Below are positions 57,215-64,000 of a stretch of 64,000 nucleotides of DNA, piece by piece. The notes under the pieces were generated by a model. The model ran no database searches and was not told the DNA's origin. It saw only the letters and a list, made by a program, of their open reading frames with translations. This DNA comes from an uncultured Enterobacteriaceae bacterium. GTDB lineage: Bacteria > Pseudomonadota > Gammaproteobacteria > Pseudomonadales > Pseudohongiellaceae. The position numbers and the translations under genes are program-made. The stretch covers positions 74,083 through 138,082 of the forward strand of contig CAZVSC010000001.1 of the NCBI GenBank assembly GCA_964629325.1, read 5' to 3'. How positions within the stretch are numbered: position 1 is the first letter of the stretch; the number at the start of each line of letters is the position of its first letter.

Positions 57215-58027
57215 ATGCTGGATATCCTGATCCTGATCGCCTCCGGAGCCCTGGTAGGCTTCGCTGTGGGACTGACCGGCGTTGGTGGCGGCTCCCTGAT
57301 GACCCCCATCCTGCTCCTGCTGGGATACTCACCGCCGGTGGCCATCGGCACCGACCTGCTTTATGCCGCCCTGACGAAAGGCAGCGGCATGTTTTTCCAT
57401 CACCAGAAAGGCAACATTAACTGGAAGGTCATGGCCCTGCTTGCCGCCGGCAGCCTCCCCTGCTCACTGGCACTGGCCTATTTCTACCTCGGTGATGCAT
57501 TAAAGGAAGGCAGCGGCCACCATGAAATCATGACCACATTTCTCGGAGTCATGCTGATGCTCACGGCACTGGTCATTACTTTCCAGAAAAGAATCCAGCG
57601 CCGGTTTAACGGCGGTGCGATCGCCAGTCAGCCTGACGCCTGGGTGCCGCAATCAGATTTTGCGCATAAACATACTGCAACCGTGACCCTGGTGCTGGGC
57701 ATGGTTCTGGGAATCTGCGTTACGCTGACCTCGGTCGGCGCGGGCGCCATCGGTGCGTCCATCCTTTTCCTGCTGTACCCGGCCTGGCGCGCCACCCAGG
57801 TAGTCGGCACCGACATAGCACATGCCGTACCCCTGACCGCCGTCGCCGGATTGGGTTACCTGGCCAACGGTCTCGTCGACCTGGTCCTGCTCGGCACGTT
57901 GATGGTGGGATCGATACCCGGGATATATCTGGGCACCCATGTGGGCAGCCTGTTCCCGGACAAGTGGATGCGCGCCGTACTCGCTATCGCGCTGGTATCG
58001 CTGGGGGTGAAATTTACCCTGCTCTGA
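57215..58027 (+). CDS. TauE/SafE (DUF81) family sulfite/anion exporter
   Basis: About 270 aa and multi-TM. It has the repeated GVGGGSLMTP / SVGAGAIG motifs typical of DUF81. Confidence 0.8.
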   Translation: MLDILILIASGALVGFAVGLTGVGGGSLMTPILLLLGYSPPVAIGTDLLYAALTKGSGMFFHHQKGNINWKVMALLAAGSLPCSLALAYFYLGDALKEGSGHHEIMTTFLGVMLMLTALVITFQKRIQRRFNGGAIASQPDAWVPQSDFAHKHTATVTLVLGMVLGICVTLTSVGAGAIGASILFLLYPAWRATQVVGTDIAHAVPLTAVAGLGYLANGLVDLVLLGTLMVGSIPGIYLGTHVGSLFPDKWMRAVLAIALVSLGVKFTLL

Positions 58028-58039
58028 GGTAACAGGGAC

Positions 58040-58957
58040 CTAGCCCTGGCTTTCCGCCAGTTCCTGGTTAGCCACCCCATGCGGGACATGGCCGGTGGCG
58101 ACATGTTCGCGGGCCGATTCACAATGCCCCTGCTGGTCGTCGAAGAAGACATCGGCATCGTAGGCGCGCAGGAAGGCACCCTTGTCCTCGCCGCCGAGGA
58201 ACAGGGACTCATCGATGTTGATTTGCCATTCGCGCAACGTGCGGACGACACGTTCGTGAGCCGGAGCCGCACGCGCAGTCACCAGGCAGGTTCGTATCGG
58301 CGAATCATCCGGCCCGAATTCCTGCTGCAGCATGTGCAGCGCAGCCAGGAAGTGCCGGAAGGGCCCCCCTGTCAACGGCTCCTTGGCAGCCAGTTTTTCG
58401 CTGCGCGTGAACTCTTCCAGTCCACGTGTCTTGTAGATCTTTTCCGCCTCATCGGAAAACAGCACCGCATCCCCATCAAACGCGAAGCGCAGCTTGTAGT
58501 CATCCACATTGGCCTGGCGAGAATTCAGGATGGTCGCCGCGGCGATACCGTTTTCCAGTGCCTTGCGCACGTCCTGGCCGTCGGTGGAGAGGAACAGGTG
58601 GGAATTGAATGCCGAGATGTACCGGTACGGACTGGAGCCGCCACAGAAGGCCGCCTTCTGGATATCCAGACCGTGCTGTTCGATGGAGTTGAAGATACGC
58701 AGGCCGGTGTCGGCAGAATTGCGCGAGAGCAGAATGACCTCCACCCGCTGTTTGCCGATCAGGGTGTTCAGGTTGAGCAGTTTCTTGACCAGGCTGAACG
58801 CATCACCCGGTTCCAGCAGTTCGTCCTCGTGGTCGATCTGGTATTTGCGGTAGGCTTCCACCCCTTCGCTCACATAGACCCGATGACTTTCGTCAAGGTT
58901 GAACAGGGCCCGCGAGGAAATGGCAACGACGAGTTTCTGGGTGGCAGCGTCTTTCAT
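58040..58957 (-). CDS. 5'-nucleotidase family protein (bacterial cN-II/PF06189-like)
   Basis: 305 aa. It has VVAISSRALFNLDES and FDGDAVLFSDEAE, a HAD-like DxDx motif pattern. The assignment is from memory and needs an HMM check. Confidence 0.6.
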   Translation of the reverse strand: MKDAATQKLVVAISSRALFNLDESHRVYVSEGVEAYRKYQIDHEDELLEPGDAFSLVKKLLNLNTLIGKQRVEVILLSRNSADTGLRIFNSIEQHGLDIQKAAFCGGSSPYRYISAFNSHLFLSTDGQDVRKALENGIAAATILNSRQANVDDYKLRFAFDGDAVLFSDEAEKIYKTRGLEEFTRSEKLAAKEPLTGGPFRHFLAALHMLQQEFGPDDSPIRTCLVTARAAPAHERVVRTLREWQINIDESLFLGGEDKGAFLRAYDADVFFDDQQGHCESAREHVATGHVPHGVANQELAESQG

Positions 58958-59000
58958 GGGCTTATTCTAGCCGAATTTGCCGCGCCCTTGCGCAACGACT

Positions 59001-59642
59001 TCAGCCGCAGGCCACACCGGTCCCACCCAGACCGCAGTAACCGGTAGGGTTCTTGGCCAGGTACTGCTGGTGGTAATCCTCGGCATAATAGAAATCATCC
59101 AGGGGCTTTATCTCGGTCGTGATTGCCCCGAAGCCGGATGCCTTCAGGGCCTGCTGGTAATCGGCGAGGCTGGCCTGGGCAGGCTCTGCCTGTGACGGAT
59201 CGGTCGTGTAGATGCAGGAACGGTACTGGGTGCCGCGATCATTGCCCTGGCGCATGCCCTGCGTGGGGTCATGAGTTTCCCAGAATGCCTTCAGGAGCAC
59301 CTCGTAGGTGATCTGCGCCGGGTCGAAAACCACCAGGATAACCTCGGCATGCCCGGTCAGGCCGCTGCAGACCTCCTTGTAGGTCGGGTTGGGAGTATAG
59401 CCGCCAGCGTAACCGGCAGCCGTGCTGTAGACACCGGGAAATTGCCAGAATCGCCGCTCGGCACCCCAGAAACAGCCCAGCCCAAAAACCGCCTGTTCCA
59501 GATGTTGTGGGAACGGCGGCAGGATGCGGTTGCCGTTGACATAGTGGGTTTCAGGCACCTGCAGGGGTTGTTCCCTGCCCGGGAGTGCACGATCCCGGGG
59601 TACCAGTGTTTCCCGATCCAGCATAGCATCCAGAAATGACAT
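59001..59642 (-). CDS. msrA: Peptide-methionine (S)-S-oxide reductase
   Basis: 213 aa. The active site is GLGCFWGAE, and GYAGG and HDPTQ follow. Confidence 0.93.
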   Translation of the reverse strand: MSFLDAMLDRETLVPRDRALPGREQPLQVPETHYVNGNRILPPFPQHLEQAVFGLGCFWGAERRFWQFPGVYSTAAGYAGGYTPNPTYKEVCSGLTGHAEVILVVFDPAQITYEVLLKAFWETHDPTQGMRQGNDRGTQYRSCIYTTDPSQAEPAQASLADYQQALKASGFGAITTEIKPLDDFYYAEDYHQQYLAKNPTGYCGLGGTGVACG

Positions 59643-59834
59643 ACAATTGTTCCGTAATTAATTGAATAACAGGAATATTTCCTATTCAGCCCGAGCGCCA
59701 GTGGCGACTAGACTAGGCATCATAGACGTCGGGAGATACATTGAAAAGACCGGGGTGGTGCTTTATTCTTCACCCGGATTCCTATCCATTCATTACAAAA
59801 AAAACACCGCAGAGTCAGGAAGTTAGCACACAGA

Positions 59835-60764
59835 ATGTATCTAGAATTTTTCGGCATGCGTGAGCTGCCTTTCACCCTGACCCCAAACACGGATTTCTTC
59901 CTGGATCTGGATGGTCACCACCGGGCACTGGAGGTGATTCAACTGGCGCTGGAGAGTGGTGAAGGCTTCATCAAGATCATCGGCGAGGTCGGTACCGGCA
60001 AGACTCTTCTCTGCCGCAGGCTCCTCAACACGATCAGTGACAACTTCGTCACTGCCTACGTTCCCAATCCCTTCCTGACTCCCGACGGCTTGCTCCTGGC
60101 CCTGGCCGAGGAACTAGGCCTCGAGGTCGATCATGAAAAGGGCCGTCACCATGTATTGGGTGAAATCAACCGCAAGCTCATGGAAATCAGGCAGTCAGGC
60201 AAACAGGTGGTTTTCCTGCTGGATGAAGCCCAGGCAATGCCTGAAGAAAGCATCGAAGTGCTGCGCCTGCTGACCAACTTGGAAACGGAATCGGAAAAAC
60301 TGCTGCAGGTGGTACTGTTTGGCCAGCCGGAACTCAATGACCTGCTGTCCAGGGATTCGCTGCGCCAGTTGCGCCAGCGCATCACGTTTTCCTATACCCT
60401 GCCGGTACTGACGCCCGAGGAAGTCGGCAGCTACATCAACCACCGGCTGAACAAATCCGGCTTTCCCGGGGTCAACCTGTTCAACCTCAAGGCGATCCAG
60501 GAACTCTCCCTCGCCAGCGCCGGCATTCCACGCCTCATAAACATACTCTGCCACAAGTCACTGCTGGTCGCCTATGGCCGCGGTGATACCAAGATCACCA
60601 ATGTTCATGTGCAGCGCGCGATCATGGACACGGAAGACGTGCGCATCAAGAAGAACTTCCAACAGGATGTGCGACCCGCGGGGCCAGGCTGGACCGGCGT
60701 ATTCATCGCGGCCATCCTGGCCAGTGCCCTGTCCTTTCTGGCTGTATATTTGCTGGATATCTAA
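59835..60764 (+). CDS. ExeA/MshM-like AAA+ ATPase with a C-terminal TM anchor
   Basis: 309 aa. It starts MYLEFFGMRELPFTLTPNTDFF. Walker A is IIGEVGTGKTLLCRRL and Walker B is VVFLLDEAQAM. GIPRLINILC and a terminal TM helix WTGVFIAAILASALSFLAVYLL are present. Confidence 0.8.
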   Translation: MYLEFFGMRELPFTLTPNTDFFLDLDGHHRALEVIQLALESGEGFIKIIGEVGTGKTLLCRRLLNTISDNFVTAYVPNPFLTPDGLLLALAEELGLEVDHEKGRHHVLGEINRKLMEIRQSGKQVVFLLDEAQAMPEESIEVLRLLTNLETESEKLLQVVLFGQPELNDLLSRDSLRQLRQRITFSYTLPVLTPEEVGSYINHRLNKSGFPGVNLFNLKAIQELSLASAGIPRLINILCHKSLLVAYGRGDTKITNVHVQRAIMDTEDVRIKKNFQQDVRPAGPGWTGVFIAAILASALSFLAVYLLDI

Positions 60765-60848
60765 TACAATCCCTGACTGAATTACCGGTTATTTCCGGTG
60801 CTGTGCAGGTTATTCTTCCCGCCGGTACCGGCCTACACGTTTCATGGC

Positions 60849-62585
60849 ATGGTGCTTTCGCAGGATACTTATCTCAGGTTCGGCCCTTATCTCGATTTAT
60901 TGACGGGGATACGCACCGCCCTGACGATAAACGAAGGCATCATCAAGGTGGTGGGGCCTGATGAGTCCGGTAAAACAGCCCTGTGCCGGAATCTTGCCCA
61001 CGAACTCAAGGCCGAAGGCCATGACGTCATCTTCTTTGAGTCTCCTCCCGAATCGGTCGAATTTCTCCACACGCGCATCCAGACGGAACTGGACCTCCCC
61101 CGTGACAAGAACTTCACCCGTTCGCTGTCCCGCTACCTGCTGGCCAAGGCACCGCCCAACAACAGACTCATCATCATCTACGACGATGCCGAGAAGATCA
61201 GTAAGGATATCTTCATACTGATTCGCTTGCTCAATAATGTCCATGACTCCAGCGACACCCTGGTCTCCCAGGTGATTTGCGGCACTCCAAAGCTGGACAG
61301 GGTTTTCGATGATCCCGAACTGCGCTCGCTGACCCAGTACCTGAACCAGAGTTTCACCCTCAGGCCCATGAACCAGGATGAGCTGCTGGATTTTTACTAC
61401 GGCTTTAAAAAACAGGCGGGCGTCACCGGCAAGGACCTGAACACCAAGGAACTGAATCAACTCTTTGCAACAGGCAAGGGTCTGCCAGGGAGGACGATCA
61501 ACCTGCTTGAGCAACGCTTCAGCGCACCTGTGCAGGAATCACTTTCCGCTGCGGAGCCGGCGGTGACGCCAACACACGATCCCGACACTGACGCAATGCC
61601 GGCCGTGGAAACTCCCGTCAGCCCGGACGTCCGTGAAGTGGAAGAAATCCTCGATGAAGAAGACATCCCAATTACCGCTCCAACCTATTTCAAGGCGGCG
61701 CTCTCCCTGGTAGTCATCATCACTACCGCGATCCTTGCCTTTGTGCTGTCGGGAGACAATATCCCGGAGAATGCTCAGGTCGCGGAAATCCTGGCCGACG
61801 ACACACCGCTGTACCTGGATGAGGTCGATCCCGCTGCTGCAGCCGAAACTGCAGCGACGGATATCCAGGTTCCAGTGCTTGGCGGACCGATTCAGGAACC
61901 CGCGGAAGCAACAGAAGACGTCGTCGGTACCCCGGTTTCCGAACCCGGCGTCCTGGAGCCAGTTGACGATTCCCCGATACTTGCCGGTGCCGCGAATTCC
62001 GTGTCTTCCCCTGATACTGAGCCGGTAATTGTTGCGGCAGAGGCGAGAGATGCGACCGGTGAAGATGGCCTGGTTTCGGTTCCCGTTCTAGTAGAAGCAG
62101 GCGCCGGAGCCATGTTGGATACTGCTGCTGCCGACGACAGCATCCCGGAAGCAATCACACCGCCCTCGCCCGATGACACCCAAGATGTCGCTGCAGATGC
62201 AATACCGCCGGAAACCCTTGCGGCCCCCGCCTTGCCGGAGGTCCTGAACACTGTCATCCAGTCCTGGGTTGACGACTGGCAAAGTGGCATCTCCTCTGGT
62301 TACCTGTCTGCCTACCATGAGGCGTTTATGCCGTCCTACCATGATTCGCGGGAGGCCTGGAGAAGTGAACGGGAATCCCGCATTGAAGGTGTGACCGGTA
62401 TCGCTGTGAGCTTTGACCGTTTCGAGATGATGGCGAATGATGCTGATACGGCGTTGGTGAGATTCTGGCTGAATTACTCACGCGGCAGTTACACTGACGA
62501 AACGCATAAAGAGATCGAATTTCGCCGGGTTGATACCGACTGGCTGATCCTTGGCGAACGCAACCTGGAAGTTATCGTCCGCTAG
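60849..62585 (+). CDS. Second ExeA-like AAA+ ATPase: TM helix, long acidic/Pro-rich linker and a C-terminal NTF2/SnoaL-like domain
   Basis: Walker A is VVGPDESGKTALCRNL and Walker B is RLIIIYDDAEK. GLPGRTINLL and the TM helix YFKAALSLVVIITTAILAFVL are present. A low-complexity D/E/P/A-rich segment of about 190 aa follows. The C-terminal domain reads VIQSWVDDWQSGISSGYLSAYHEAFMPSY...REAWRSERESRI. The start is either ATG 60849 or GTG 60798. Confidence 0.7.
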   Translation: MVLSQDTYLRFGPYLDLLTGIRTALTINEGIIKVVGPDESGKTALCRNLAHELKAEGHDVIFFESPPESVEFLHTRIQTELDLPRDKNFTRSLSRYLLAKAPPNNRLIIIYDDAEKISKDIFILIRLLNNVHDSSDTLVSQVICGTPKLDRVFDDPELRSLTQYLNQSFTLRPMNQDELLDFYYGFKKQAGVTGKDLNTKELNQLFATGKGLPGRTINLLEQRFSAPVQESLSAAEPAVTPTHDPDTDAMPAVETPVSPDVREVEEILDEEDIPITAPTYFKAALSLVVIITTAILAFVLSGDNIPENAQVAEILADDTPLYLDEVDPAAAAETAATDIQVPVLGGPIQEPAEATEDVVGTPVSEPGVLEPVDDSPILAGAANSVSSPDTEPVIVAAEARDATGEDGLVSVPVLVEAGAGAMLDTAAADDSIPEAITPPSPDDTQDVAADAIPPETLAAPALPEVLNTVIQSWVDDWQSGISSGYLSAYHEAFMPSYHDSREAWRSERESRIEGVTGIAVSFDRFEMMANDADTALVRFWLNYSRGSYTDETHKEIEFRRVDTDWLILGERNLEVIVR

Positions 62586-63817
62586 CTTCCTTGCTTTACG
62601 CGCAGCACTTCTGCAACGTATTCGATCCAGTGCCTGACCTGTTTGCTGGTGCCGCCCGCCAGGTGGCACTGGCAGCCTATATTGGCGGTAGCGATACTGT
62701 CCGCCTCCCCGGCTTCCAATGCCTGCAGTTTTTGCCTGCGCAACTCCGCGGCAAACGCGGGCTGGAACAGCGAATAGGTGCCTGCTGAACCGCAACATAA
62801 ATGGCTGTCACTTACGGGAGCCAGGGTGAATCCGAGCTGCTTCAATAGCTTTTCGGTCACTCCGCCAAGCTGCTGACCATGCTGCAACGTACAGGGACTG
62901 TGGAAGGCCAGGGTCTGGCTGCCGGTTGCATTGAGGGCAGACAGATCCTCCGAGGCCAGGAATTCGCCGATGTCCCTTATCGCATGAACTACGCGTTCGG
63001 CCTTTATCCTGTAAGGATCATCATGGGCAAACAGGCTGCCATAATCCTTGATGAAGTTGCCGCAGCCGCTGGCCGTACTGATAATGGCTTCAGCACCCGC
63101 ATCCAGTTCAGCAAGCAGTTGGTCAATAAGTCGCCGCGCCCTCGCCAGGCCTATATCCTGGTGACCACTATGATAGTGCATGGCGCCACAGCAGCTTTCA
63201 TGACGTATACGCACGCAGCGGATATCCATTTCCCGCAGGACGACAGCAGTGGCGTTGACAGTATCGGGCGACAGGCTCGGTTGCACACAACCCTGAAGCA
63301 GCACAACCTTGCGTGTGGATTCGCTGCTGTCTGCTGTTATGTCATCGAACCTGGGCTTTTCCGGTAACTGGCGAGCCAGGGATGCAGGCAACAGGAAGGC
63401 CAGCAGTCGTCCCAGTCGTACCAGGACGGCAAATAATCCAGGCGAGCCCAGTATGGCAAGCAGGAATCCACGACGGATTCGTGTCGACAGCGGCATGGCC
63501 ACATCCTGTGCCAGCATGCCCTGGCCGATTGCTATCAACCGGTGATATTGCACATTGGAGGGGCAAGTCGTCTCACAGGACTGGCATACAAGACACCTGT
63601 CCAGGTGTGTTCGCGTGATACGGGTAGCCTTGCCTGATTCCAGGTATTCCTTCAGCAGGTAGATACGACCCCGGGGACTATCCAGTTCGTTGCCAGTCAG
63701 CAAGAAGGTCGGGCAAGTGGCGGTGCAGAATCCGCAGTGCACGCAGGAACGCAGGATACTGTCCGCTTCGCGACCGGCGTCCGTTGCAAGTAAAGCTGGC
63801 TGCAATCTGGTCTGCAT
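62582..63817 (-). CDS. glcF: Glycolate oxidase iron-sulfur subunit
   Basis: 411 aa. It has two ferredoxin motifs, CVHCGFCTATCP and CLVCQSCETTCP, then two CCG-type Cys-rich repeats. Confidence 0.85.
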   Translation of the reverse strand: MQTRLQPALLATDAGREADSILRSCVHCGFCTATCPTFLLTGNELDSPRGRIYLLKEYLESGKATRITRTHLDRCLVCQSCETTCPSNVQYHRLIAIGQGMLAQDVAMPLSTRIRRGFLLAILGSPGLFAVLVRLGRLLAFLLPASLARQLPEKPRFDDITADSSESTRKVVLLQGCVQPSLSPDTVNATAVVLREMDIRCVRIRHESCCGAMHYHSGHQDIGLARARRLIDQLLAELDAGAEAIISTASGCGNFIKDYGSLFAHDDPYRIKAERVVHAIRDIGEFLASEDLSALNATGSQTLAFHSPCTLQHGQQLGGVTEKLLKQLGFTLAPVSDSHLCCGSAGTYSLFQPAFAAELRRQKLQALEAGEADSIATANIGCQCHLAGGTSKQVRHWIEYVAEVLRVKQGS

Positions 63818-63818
63818 G

Positions 63819-64000
63819 TCAGAGGTCTGCGTACATCCTGCCGGGATTGAGGATGCCGACAGGATCGAATGCGGTTTTCAATCGGCGATGCCAGTTCATG
63901 TGCCAATCGTGCAACGGCTGGAAGACCTGAACGGACTCACGGCGCACTTCCTGGCGAAACAGGCTGGCGTGGCCGTTGCAGGCTTCCATGGCGGCAAAAA
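63819..64000 (-). CDS. glcE: Glycolate oxidase FAD-binding subunit GlcE, C-terminal 60 codons only
   Basis: My reverse translation gives ...HDWHMNWHRRLKTAFDPVGILNPGRMYADL*. The FDPxGIxNPGRMY ending is typical of GlcE/GlcD, and the stop lies 1 nt before the glcF ATG. The gene enters from the right edge. Confidence 0.6.
   Translation of the reverse strand, partial: FAAMEACNGHASLFRQEVRRESVQVFQPLHDWHMNWHRRLKTAFDPVGILNPGRMYADL

Overview
This 64-kb window looks like core chromosome of a GC-rich gammaproteobacterium. That call rests on gene content and synteny; I cannot name the genus. Coding density is very high. I call about 58 protein genes, one tRNA-Ser(UGA), five hairpin terminators and several short repeat arrays. 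I see no CRISPR array, transposon, prophage or rRNA.

The backbone is housekeeping:
- a MoxR/DUF58/DUF4381/vWA (Bat-like) operon at the left edge
- tatD, ilvE, topA, an MscS-family channel and a DAHP synthase
- an AddAB-type helicase-nuclease pair
- ETF-QO with divergent etfBA
- the classical block rne <-> rluC, yceF <-> yceD-rpmF-fabD-fabG-acpP-fabF-pabC-mltG-tmk-holB-pilZ, here without plsX and fabH
- ggt, alkB, gor, prc, a BI-1/YccA protein, tusDCB-tusE, pabB, a CoA-pyrophosphatase Nudix and thrH
- cysH (APS-reductase type), cysB, a TauE/SafE exporter, msrA and glcFE

rpmF (59 aa, 32511..32690) is a real gene that falls below the ORF-track length cutoff. Many track ORFs are over-extended at the 5' end or are antisense shadow ORFs.

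I found no clear-cut novel system such as a defence island. The stretches I consider most worth follow-up are:
1. A terminator-bounded three-gene operon (10935..14825). It encodes a secreted CXXCH protein of unknown family, a 5-TM membrane protein with intramembrane histidines, and a protein with an N-terminal cytochrome c domain and a beta-propeller (PQQ-like) body.
2. A tandem pair of membrane-anchored ExeA/MshM-like AAA+ ATPases (59835..62585) with no secretin or pilus genes nearby.
3. A 1.4-kb stretch (43141..44570) where three consecutive minus-strand genes (ggt, alkB-like, Arc-like repressor) each carry a different short tandem repeat array at the 5' end.
4. An orphan tyrosine recombinase (46331..47551) with no recognisable cargo.

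All functional calls come from reading motifs in the translated ORFs and from remembered family signatures and synteny. No database search was run.
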